DNA of 64,000 nt, taken from contig RSEE01000002.1 in NCBI GenBank assembly GCA_003971905.1, positions 1,116,001 to 1,180,000 on the forward strand, given 5' to 3'. Shown here one piece after another: positions 48,969-60,095 of this stretch (position 1 is the stretch's first letter; every line of letters starts with the position of its first letter). Under the pieces are notes generated by a model. The model was given only the letters and a program-made list of their open reading frames with translations. It was not told where the DNA came from and searched no databases. The position numbers were made by a program, and so were the translations under genes. The stretch comes from Moniliella sp. 'wahieum'. Lineage: Eukaryota.

Positions 48969-51083
48969 ATGGCGTCTTCCCCGCCGCCAACAGCCACCCA
49001 GCGACTCAGCACCCTCCCAGCCACCGCGTCGCCCGCCCTGTCCGATACCACGCCTGCAGCCCCGCCCCCACCGGCATCCGCACGCTCTGATGCTTCTGAT
49101 TCGGGGGAAAGTGTAGCCACCGCACCTCCCGCGTCCACAGCTCACGGCCACCTGCCCACTTCACCCTCCCGCACCCGGCCCGGCCCGTGGTTGGCGTCCC
49201 TGTGCCCAGCGGACCCAGTGTGCCCCTGACTCGGCGCTCAGCCGTCGGCAGGAGCGGGGCTTCAATCCCTATACCACGCACGACAGGGTATAATCACTCC
49301 TCCAATGGGCGCTCGCATGCTGCCCTCGAACAGCACCAAGCCGATCTGACCCATGCAATGGTCTCCTTTCTCTCGCCCCTTCTGCCTACCGAGGAGGAGT
49401 ATCGGATCAAGGAAGCTCTGCGACGGCAATTGCAACGTCTGGCTCAAGAGATTGATCCGCATGCCTCGCTGCTCGCTTTTGGCTCGATGGCTAACGGCTT
49501 TGCCCTGCGCAACTCGGACATGGACCTGTGCTGTCTCATCTCGGATGCAGTTGCTCACCCTGACGCTCATGAACCCGGGATGCTCCGCCTCCAGCCCCTC
49601 CAGGGACTGATGTCTCCCCCCTTTCCGCCGCACGTGCTAGTGAATTGGTCGAACAGTTTGCCGAGCTTATCCGCGACAAGACCGATTTTCAAGTCATGCC
49701 TCTTCCGCAGGCCCGGATCCCTATCATCAAGATCCACAAACGTACGCACCACTCTACCCTCCCTGTTTCATAAACTAACTTCCACATAGCTGCCTCGGCC
49801 ACACAGCCGTATGAGCTTTCGTGCGATATTGGGTTCGAGAACCGGCTGGCATTGGAGAACACGCGACTGCTGCTGTGTTACGCAATGGTTGACCCTCCAC
49901 GGGTGAGGACGCTGGTACTCTTCCTCAAGGTATGGGCCAAGCGGCGAAAACTCAACTCCCCTTATACGGGCACACTTTCTTCGTACGGGTACACACTCAT
50001 GGCGCTCTATTACCTGATGCATGTCAAGCATCCTCCTGTACTTCCCAATCTGCAGCGCATGGATCTATCCGCCCGCCCGACAAGCCACTTCCTCCAGGGG
50101 AATGATGTGTATTTTTACGACGACATTGCGCGGGTGCGGTCCGAGTGGCGGTCGAAGAACAAGGAGAATGTGGCCAGTTTGCTGATGGGTTTCTTCGCCT
50201 TCTTTAGCAAAGAATTTTCCTATGCTCACGACGTGCTCAGCATTAGGACGCCCCACGGACCGTTTCCCAAGGACGGTATCACCTTTGCTGGCGAGCTGTG
50301 TATCCAAGACCCCTTTGCGAAGGATGCCAACGTCTCTCGCCCGTCACCAAGGATGGGCTCTACACGATTCGTGGTGAGTTCTTCCGTGCAACGAAGATCC
50401 TTTCCAATCGCACCCAGCTGGCCGAGTCGTTGATTGAGGACCTATGCCAAGAGAGGGAGGATGCTCTCTCCCTCGCTCCGGACGTCCCAAGACAAAGGAA
50501 GTGGCCAAGGAATCCAAAATTTGGTTTGAGTGGTGGGGTTTCTCTTGGTCTCCCAGTCTCTCCACCCCAGCGACACCGCGGGGCTAGTGGCGTTGGTGGG
50601 TCTTTTGCATTTGAGGCCATGGCTCTTGGTTTGGGGACAGGGCAGCACGTTTCCCCCGGTCCTTCGCAAGCGATGCTCCAACCTCTTTCGCACAGTGGTG
50701 GATTGACGGGTAAGCCGGCCCGAGGAAGAAGAGGGACGATGCAAGCGAATCAGTCCAGCCACGCTGTTTCTCTCCCTGTCCACAGTACATTATCTAATTC
50801 TCGGCCCTATCCACAAGATCAAGTGCAGGCGGGCAGTTTCATTGCTGATGCTTCCCCCTGGAGGGAGAGCATGAGTGTTCCCCGCCGGTCTACGTTTGCC
50901 AACTCACTTCACGACGGCCCGACTTTGATGGAGACAAGGTTACCTGATTCGTTTGACTGGCAGTCGGCTCCTCCCCCGGTGGGGCTGTCCTCCTCATGTT
51001 CCTCATCCGATGAGACGGGGACCAAAGGCTCTACTGTACCTTCCTCACGCCCAGAAGAGGAGGGGGATGAGACGGTGGGCTGA
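48969..51083 (+). CDS. Non-canonical poly(A)/poly(U) polymerase (Cid1/Cid13-like nucleotidyltransferase)
   Basis: FGSMANGFALRNSDMDLC (GS plus DxD), CDIGFENRLALENTRLL, FLKVWAKRRKLNSPYTGTLSSYGY, PPVLPNLQ, PAP-associated LCIQDPF..NV..VTKDGLYTIRGEF. Confidence 0.92.
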
Positions 51084-51702
51084 GCTTTCCGTTCCCCTAT
51101 ACCACTCTTTTTACTGTGTTCCGTATCCTACCCTGTCCTCATCACACTCTCGTTTTGTCCTTCATTCCCTGTGCGACCAGTCTTCTCAGGCTGTGCCATC
51201 ACGTTATAGCCTGGCTACGGAACCATCTCAGCCACACCGCGGGCTCGTTGAGACGATTGATGAAACCGGGAAACGGTTACTATAGTCTCACATACCACGA
51301 AACAAGATAGTGAAGAAACAACCTCTGATCACCACAGAAGGATAACTTTAAGGGAGAGCGTGGTAGAGGCTCTGGGTGAGTATCAAACTCGACGATCCTA
51401 AGGCCCGCACTCAGAACGAGGATGTATTCACTATGCTCATGCCGTCAGGTGGTCGACGGCGGGTATGCGGAAGTCGTCTACTAAGAAACGATGGATCCTA
51501 TCAAGGTCGAAATGCCCCCAACCAGCCCCAACCTCCCCTGGCCAACAGATGAATTCTACCCTGATCGATGATCCACCAGGTGGCGCAGGCGGCGTGTTAT
51601 GTAATCACATACCCCCCCTTTCCCCCCACAACCGCTGGCCTGACTACCAGTCCACCAGTCCACCAGTCCATCACAGCCCTTTGTCTCCATCTGCTCGCTG
51701 CC

Positions 51703-53239
51703 ATGTCGGACGAGGAGTTTATGTTTGACGGTGTCGGAGACGACGACGAGGAGTACGACTTTGATTTTGAAGACGATGAAGATGACCCCGACGAAGCCCA
51801 GGCCGACCTCGAAAACATGTACTATCTCGCTAAAGCTAAGCGCACTGACGACATGCCCGCTGCTCTAGCTGCCTTCCGCGATGTTGTGGAGCGCGAAAAG
51901 GAGGAGGCGATGGGGGAGTTTGGGTTCAAGTCACTCAAGCAGATCACCAAGGCCCAGTTCCGTCAGGGGAAGTACGATGCTGCCCTGGCAGCGTACCGTG
52001 AATTGTTGGCCTACACCAGAAGTGCTGTCACCCGGAACTATGCGTGCGTCACCACTTCTCTGTGTGGATAGGTTGGAGGCTCACACTGCCTGCATCTCAG
52101 GGAGAAATCGATCAACACAATCCTTGATTACGTCTCTCAGTCCGCAAGCCTCGACTTGGTCATGATGGAGCAGTTTTACGAGGCCACCAAGATGGCACTC
52201 AAGGAAGCCAACAACGAGCGACTTCGTGTCAAAACTGAGCTTAAACTGGCTCAGATCTGGCTTGCACGGCGCGAGTGGAATCGGCTTGAGAAGACAATCC
52301 GCGGGCTGAAGGAGTATTGCCTTGGTTCACAAGGGCCCAGTACGGGGCTCGGTGCGATCGCTGGCGACGATGGGGCCGGCGGCCTGGTCAGTGCGGATCA
52401 GAACAAGGGCACCATTCTCATGGAGGTTTATGCGACTGAAATCCAGATGTTCTCGGAACTGAAGGACTATATGAAGCTCAAGGAGGTCTACAATGCCACG
52501 CTTCAAGTCAAAACGCCATTCCTCATCCTCGTATTTCGGGTATCATCCGCGAATGCGGGGGAAAGATGCACATGTCTGAGAGCAACTGGACTGCGGCACA
52601 GCAGGACTTTTATCAAGCGTTTAATGCCTATGATGAGGCTGGATCTCCCGCCCGGATTGGGGTTCTCAAATATCTCGTTCTCGCCGTCCTCTTTATGGAC
52701 AGCCCTATCAACCCCATTGACAGCCGTGAGATGCGCCCTACCAAACTGATCCTCAGATCGCGGCCATGCTCCAGTTGGCGGAGGCATATCGGAGAAAGGA
52801 TGCGCTGCAAGCTGAGAACGTGATCAAAGACAATTATTCCGTCTTCCGTGGCGACAGTTTCATTACGGACTACATCGAGCTCCTGCTCAAGTACCTCCGC
52901 CACCAGTACATTATTGATACGGTTGGCTCCTACACCCGTCTCGACCTATACTACCTTGCGAACCAACTCAACGTTTCGGCCAAGGTGGCTGAGAGCTTGG
53001 TGCGCACCCTCATTCTCGATCATCGCTTGCAGGGGCGGATCGACCAAGTGAACGAGACGTTGGAGCTGGACGGCCCTTGGTGTGAGAGCGAGATGAGCAA
53101 GGCCCGTACTGAGGCACTTCAGCAGTGGTTGCGCACTCTCGAGGCGGGCAATCAAGAGTTGATCAACCGCATGACCCAGCTCTATGGACACGAAGCTCGG
53201 GTGCGGGAGGAACGGCGAAACCCGTTGCTGTACCGCTGA
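51703..53239 (+). CDS. CSN2: COP9 signalosome subunit 2 (PCI domain)
   Basis: Acidic N-terminus, DLENMYYLAK, EFGFKSLKQITK, SAVTRNYA|EKSINTILDYVS (intron 52044-52100), KGTILMEVYATEIQM, YDEAGSP, LILDHRLQGRIDQVN. Confidence 0.95.
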
Positions 53240-53664
53240 CAGAGGGCTTTGTTGAGGCCTTGTGTGCAGTGTTCCACTTCCATATTCAATGTACATTACC
53301 ATCTAGCTCCATATGGTACCCCTCTGTCCCTGTAGTACCTGCCGAGGTCCCTCCCGGCGCTTCGAGGTGAGCGTGACATGTGCGAATGTGATGTCGCTGC
53401 TAGGCGATGCGGCGATGGGGCGCATGGGCAGGCAGGCTAATTAATTAGAGGCACCGCCCCGCTTCCTTCGGCTGGCGGGCAGGGCGGATTTATACCAGGT
53501 TGCACCGATCGAAGGGTGTCTCAGATGCCTCCCACGTGATGACCCGCACGCGTGCTGCCCGAGGCAAAGCAACACGAATGGCACAGCGACGCCTCTGCTG
53601 GCCGCGTGCCACCACCACCCACCACCGCCGCCGCCACCACCACTGCACCGCTAGCGCCACCAAC

Positions 53665-55707
53665 ATGGGCCCCAAGCGCACGCTGCAGACATCCAGCTCG
53701 GTGGGGCAGGCCTCCTCTGCCCCCCCGCGTCCAGCACTTTCCACTGCCATTGCCGCCATGGCCACCGTCGACGCCCGCCTCGCCACCTTCAGCTCCAAGG
53801 CGGTGCCCAAGTGGCCCCACCCACACAACCCTCGCAGCAAGAAGGCCCATGTGCCCACTCCTTCCCAACTTGCATCTGCAGGCTTCTTCTATGCGCCCGA
53901 TGGCGCGCGTAAGAAGGACGATCGTCTGCAGCATTACCTCTGTGCCACCACCGTCTCCAGTTGGCAACCTGGTGACGATCCACTCGACCGACTACGCGCT
54001 GCCAACCCCACTTGCCCGACTGTTGTACTTGCCGACTCGGTCAACGCCCAAATCGATGCTGATTCTTGGCGTGCAGAGGCATCCTTGGCTTCCGATCACC
54101 CCTCGGCTCTTTGGGATGATCCAGCCCTTTTCCCACTCGGTGAGAAAATGCTTGCGGTCCGCCTTGCCACGTTTCAGGCAATTCCTTGGCCTCACGACCC
54201 ACCTCAAGTGCGCGGATGGAAACCTACATCCCTCAAACTCGCCCAGGCTGGATTTCATGCCGCCCACACGAGAGGGGGACGATGTGGCTACGTGCTCGTA
54301 TTGCGACCGCACCCTCTCGGGCTGGGAGAAAATGGACGATCCCAAGTACGTGTCTCCCTCGTGATTCGAGTGGGTAAATGCTTACTTTCTACTACCAGGG
54401 CTGAGCATCTTCGAGGCGAACGTCCCTGCCCGTTCTTCTCTGCTGTATTGGTGGAGCGACAAGAATCGGTTCATGAGGACCAAGATGAGAGCATACCGGA
54501 TGCCGCCTCGGCTGCCTCCGATACGGAGGACCCAGTGCAGGTTCCGAGAGCCACTCGGAAACAAGCAACGCTCGGAAACAAGCGATTCCAGATGAGACTG
54601 AGGATGAGGAACGATCTAGGCCGCCGTCTCCTCAGAACCCCGGCAAGACGTCCCCAAGTGGTTCCAGTGCCTCCCTTTCAGCAAAACTGGAGAGCGATGA
54701 GGAAGAGCAAGACCAAAGTTCCGAGCAAGACCAGGATGAAGAGGATGAGAAAGCTCCCCTCTCCGCTCTACAGGCGTTGGGAAGTCCAAGGCTCATTCGA
54801 AGGTGAAACAATCCGAGACGAAGGGCAAATCTCACAGTACCAAGCGGTCCAAGAGGCAAAGTGTCGAATCCGAATCTGGATCGGACGAAGAAGAATCACA
54901 AGATCCTGATATGATTATGGATGTGGATTCCAAGTGTCTGCCTCACGGAGACCATTCTGAATCCGGTGGGGCCAGCATGGTGGGCAACGTGAGTCGCGCG
55001 CCTAGTGCTCGTTCCGTCTCACGTATCACCCGTGCAGCCTCACGCGCGGCCAGTGCCACTAGTGTTGCCCGTGCCACTGACTCTGCATCCCGTGGGAAGA
55101 GCAAAGAGCAAGAACAGGAGGCAAGCGCAAGCCGAGGTAACGATGGGAGAGGAGGAAGGAGAGGAGGAGGATAAAGACGAAGAGAAGGAGAATGAGGGGG
55201 GAAGAGAGAAGGAGAAGACGAACAAGAAGACGAAGAGAGGAAGAGAGAAGAAGAACATCTCCCCGTCCGTCGCCGCTTTGTCCCTTCCAAGCCACCACAA
55301 GGGACTGCGGCTACACGTACCACACGCTCTACTAAGGCAGAGACAGCCAAACAGAGGCAGACCAAGGTGGAGGCTGTCAAACCCGTCCCCGCAACATCGC
55401 AAAAGGCTGCTGTCCCTGGCGAGGGGATCACGCTGGAGTAGCAGCCAATACTGCTTCCTCAGGCGAACCTGCTGAAGAGAGAAAGGCCAAACTCAAAACA
55501 ATCCTTGCGGGCTACCCTGAGGACGTTCGGGTACGAATCGAGCGTGCGATTCAACAGGGCATGACAGTCCATGATTTTCTCTCTTCCGAGGCGGAACGCG
55601 TCTTGGCCCGCCAAGCCGACGAGGGCAAACATCGTCTCATCGCGCTGGAGCAGCAGGCTGCCATGTTCCGTGTACGGTACGAGCACACACTTCGCGGGAC
55701 CGAATGA
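53665..55707 (+). CDS. BIR1: Bir1/survivin-family chromosomal passenger protein (two BIR repeats, C-terminal helix)
   Basis: RLATF..WPH..LASAGFFYAP..W.PGDDP and RLATF..WPHD..LAQAGF..CSYCDRTLSGWEKMDDPK|AEH..CPFF (intron 54346-54398). Long disordered middle; terminal GMTVHDFLSSEAERVL helix. Confidence 0.88.
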
Positions 55708-56277
55708 CCCACCTCCTCACTCTCACGTTCGCTTTGCTTAGTTGGTTGATGCATGCCTGTTTTCCTTCGTTTTATACTGAGGCTCAGACGATGTCCCTGC
55801 ATTCTCTTTGGCGCAGGGGGGGTACCGCCGACGGGTGCGGGTTGATGGTCGTGCTTGTCCGTCGCCTAACTTTCATAGACAACAGGCGCAACTCGCATTG
55901 TCCCCCCCAAACTCTCCCGCCAGCGTTCTTATCCACAATTGCGGGAGCTACCATTTTCCGGCAGTGGCTGGCATGATCTGGAGGGATCAGATCGATCGGA
56001 TTGAGCCTGTGAGATGAGTGAGATCAGAAATCAGAGATCAGAAACGAGGATGGGAGGCGGTGTGTGTACAACAGGCGCTAGCCCCTCTTGGATGTAGACC
56101 TCATTGTGTCGGTGCAACTTCACGCGTGTTCCGCTCTGGGGCTTGGGCCTAATTAGTGCTTTGCTATGTCCATCCATCACATCACCTGTTGCAGCAGAAA
56201 ACCCAACACAAGATGAACAGGACGGCGCTGAATTGCCCTGTGCTCGTCCCCTTAACCCTCCAAGGCTCACAACCAGA

Positions 56278-57086
56278 ATGAGCTCGTCGTCGAGTTCACT
56301 GCCGGCGTTGGCATGGGATTCGAAGCACATTTCTCAGCTCTCCTACCCGATTCCGCTTGTGCACTCCCGCCTTGTGCTGGGACAAGACCAAGCGTCGCAC
56401 GATACAGCTGCCTCACTCTGGCCTGCCGCCCAGGCCGCCGTTGCCGTCCTACAGGCCATACACGCTACGCCCGACGGCCCCCCCGATCCGTCTTTCTCTT
56501 GGAATCGCATCCGGTCTCTCGCCCAGTTGGACACGACATCTCCCATGCCCGATCGTCCCTCCGTATGGGAACTGGGCTCGGGAGTGGCCTTGCCCTCGAT
56601 GGCCGCGCACCTGTTCGGCTGGCGGGTGGTTGTGTCCGATACACCTGCCTCCCTTGCCGCAGTCACCCCCCAACCTGGCGCGCAACAGCGCAGTGCTTGA
56701 GAGCCAAACACCTGCCATCACGCCTGTGCCACTGGACTGGAACACACCTGTCCAGGCGCAGCAGCGCCTTGCCCACGCACATGTGCCTGCCCCCATCGAT
56801 ATGCTGCTCACTACCGATACTGCGTACGAGATGACGCTCGTCACGCCCCTCATGCGCACACTTCATTCCCTGGCGACTCCGATGCATACTCTCCTTTTTA
56901 TTGCCATGGAGCGCCGCGACCCGCTTGTGCTCGATCGTACGCTCAGTGTCGCTAAGGAATTGCACCTCCACCTCACCAAGCTCGACCCACTGTTCGTCCG
57001 CGATGCAGCAGCACGTTTCGGCAACCCTGGATGGGCTGCAGGACGTAGATGATCTGGAAGTGTACCTCGGTTTCCGCACAAACTAA
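56278..57086 (+). CDS. METTL21/family-16 protein lysine methyltransferase
   Basis: DTAASLWPAA, VWELGSGVAL (SAM motif I), VVVSDTP, PLDW, DMLLTTDTAY (DxxY), AMERRD. Confidence 0.85.
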
Positions 57087-57172
57087 GCTCTGTTTATCTA
57101 AATCGCCTCTCGCAAACTGCAAGCACTGTGCCAAGCGCAATCAATCATATTTTCGTACAGCAAGTCCCACGC

Positions 57173-59254
57173 TTAGTCAACAGTCTCCATGGTGCTCTCC
57201 CCTCGGGTTGCTCGGCAGCCTTCTCCTCCTCGGGCTCCTCCTCCGTCTCGTCAATCGAGAGACCGAGCGAGATGAGCTTGAACAGCCGGTTGGCAAAGTC
57301 TTGAGGTTGGTCCAGGCTGAAGCCCGAAGTGAGCAGCGCCGTCTCGTACAGCAGCCACGTCAAGTCCCGCACAGTCGAGTCGGCCGCGTCAGCGTCCGCC
57401 TTAGCCTGCAGCTCCTTGATGATGGGGTTCTTGGGGTTGACCTCAAGCGTCTTCTTGGAAGACATGTAGGAGCTCATGCTAGTGTCCCGCAACGCCTGCG
57501 CCTTCATGATCCGCTCCATGTTAGCCGACCAGCCAAACTGGCCAGTGACAAGAGCAACGGGCGAGCCAACAAGGCGGTTCGAAAGAACCACCTTCTCAAC
57601 CTTGTCCCCGAGGATGTCCTTGACAGCCTTGAGCAGACCCTCGAACTTCTTCGCCTCCTCCTCACGCGCGGCAATCTCCTCGGGCGTCTCCTCAAGCTCA
57701 AGCCCCTCCTTGGAGACCGAGACCAGCTTCTTGCCGTCAAACTCGCGCAACTGGGTAACCGCGTACTCGTCAATCGGGTCCACCATGAGGAGAACCTCAA
57801 AGCCCTTCTTCTTGAGCGCCTCCAAGAAGGGAGAGTCGTTGATCGACTGAAGCGACTCGCCAGTGAGGTAGTAGATGTTCTTTTGCACCTCAGGCATGCG
57901 CGTCACGTAGTCCTTGAGGGAGGTGAGCTCATCGCCCGACTTGGTCGAGTTGAAACGAAGGAACTCGGCGAGCTTGTTGCGGTTGGTCGAGTCCTCGTGA
58001 ATACCAAGCTTAATGTTCTTTCCGAAGGCCTCGTAGAACTTCTTGTAGTTCTCCTCGTCCTCCTCAATCTCCGAGATGCACTCGAGGACCTTCTTGACAA
58101 TGTTCTTACGGATCACCTTCAGAATCTTGTTCTGCTGCAGGGTCTCACGCGAGATGTTGAGCGGCAGGTCCTCCGAGTCGACAACACCCTTGACAAACGA
58201 GAGCCACTCGGGGATAAGGTCCTCACAGTCGTCCATGATGAACACACGACGAACGTAGAGCTTGATGTTGTTGCGCTTCTTCTTGTTCTCGAAGAGATCA
58301 AAGGGAGCACGCTTGGGAATGTAGAGAAGAGCCTTGAACTCAAGCTGGCCCTCAACCGAGAAGTGCTTGACAGCCAGAGGGTCCTCCCAGTCGTTGGTCA
58401 GAGACTTGTAGAAGGAGTTGTACTCTTCCGGCTCAATCGACTTGGGATCCCGGGTCCAGAGAGGCTTCGTCTTGTTGAGCTCCTCCTCCTCCTTGACAAT
58501 CTCCTTAACTTCTTCTTCTCCTTCTTGTTGTCCTCGTCCTCGACCTCCTCGATCTTAGGCTTCTTGTCATCGTCGGCAGCCTCCTCCTCGACCTCGACCT
58601 CCTTCTCGACCTCCTTGGTGACGACGAGCTGGATGGGGTACGAGATGAACTCAGAGTGCTTCTTGACAATTTCCTTAATCCGCTTCTCCTCAAGGTACTC
58701 AAGCTGGTCATCCTCATGTGCAGACGCAGCTCCGTACCGCGGCCAATAGAGGGGTTGACAGTGTCCTGCGTGATGGTGAAGGTGCCACCAGCAGCCGACT
58801 CCCAGATGTACTGCTCGTCGTCGTTGTTCTTGGTGATGATCTGCACCTTGTCGGCAACGAGGTAGGCCGAGTAGAAGCCCACACCGAACTGGCCAATCAT
58901 AGAGATGTCGGCACCAGAGGAAAGTGCCTCCATGAATGCCTTGGTGCCCGAGCGAGCAATGGTACCAATGCTGTTGATCAGGTCCGTCTTAGTCATGCCA
59001 ATACCCGTGTCGCGGATGGAGAGGATCTTGTTCTCCTTGTGGGGGGTAATGCGAATGTAGAGCTCCTTCTCCTCGTCCAGAGCGGTAGGGTCGGTGAGCG
59101 CGGCATAGCGGATCTTGTCCAGGGCGTCCGAGGCGTTGGAGATGAGCTCACGGAGGAAGATCTCCTTGTTGGAGTAGAAAGTGTTGATGATCAGGTCCAG
59201 CAGCTGGCTGATATCAGCGGCAAAGCCGAACGTTTCCGAGTTGGACGACGACAT
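57173..59254 (-). CDS. HSP90: Cytosolic Hsp90 (no intron seen)
   Basis: [86 protein letters not shown]. Ends STMETVD* (TAA 57173-57175) after correcting one indel. Confidence 0.99.
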
Positions 59255-59395
59255 GGCAGCAAGACGACGAGTCGGTGGTGAGAGAGAAGAAAGACGTGCG
59301 TGAATGCCGGGCGAAGCGTTTTTAAAGCGCATAGGGAGACGCCATCTGCACGGGGCCAAGCAGCTGGCCGGGGCACAGCGCCAGTGTCCACGCAT

Positions 59396-59435
59396 TTAGA
59401 ATCTGGGCGAAGCCCCATGTTCGTTCTGTTCGTTC
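59396..59435. promoter_or_regulatory. Possible degenerate heat-shock element between Hsp90 and Uba1
   Basis: Cluster of GAA/TTC units (AGAATC..GAAG..GTTCGTTCTGTTCGTTC) about 150 bp upstream of the Hsp90 ATG. TATA-like TTTAAAAA on the minus strand near 59320. Spacing is not a perfect nGAAn array. Confidence 0.35.
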
Positions 59436-60095
59436 AGCACAGGGAGCGCCGAGCCAGCGCGCCCTCATTCTTCGCGCTTCAGGCCGAAGCGGCACTGGCC
59501 CCGCGCTGCCATCTCATCCTCATCACGTGTGTCACCCATCAATCACCGTCGCTGCCTGGCCGACGGCCCGACCCGAGGTTCGAGACGCAGAAGACACCCT
59601 TCCGTCTGCAAATAAGCCACAGATGGAGGCCAACTGGAAGCGAGACCTTCCTACCGTCTTCCTCTTCCCTGCTGCTACCGAGTGCAGGCCGCGGCGCACC
59701 ACACATACCGCCCGAGGTGGGCACGAATCTGAGAGAGCACGCTGGCACATGTACATGCTATAGGAATCCAATCATGCGAAGAGTCCTCCAGGCATCGCTA
59801 GCTGTCCCTGCCTGACGCATGGACGGCTTGACTGCGGAGCGAATCAGGGTCTGACACGGAAATGCAGACAATGCAATGCTGGTGGTACTCTGATCAGCAT
59901 GTGCGTTTTGTCCTTGCCCGAGCCGTAGCAGCAGTTGCTTGCAACCCAGGTCCGTATTCCGTATTCCAATCTGGGCCCACGTTTGGGCGCACATCGGACC
60001 TGGCCCTTTCGTATCAAGCGCTGTCGATCTCAGTCCAACGAATCCCACGCCGTGGCCCTCCTGCCATGTTTTCCCCTCACATATCCTCTCCTGCC

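Noticed and set aside
57049..58749. 566-aa + strand ORF antisense to Hsp90
   Set aside because: Codon-register mirror of a strongly biased gene; Leu/Val/Arg-rich with no domain. Long antisense ORFs are a known by-product in such genes.
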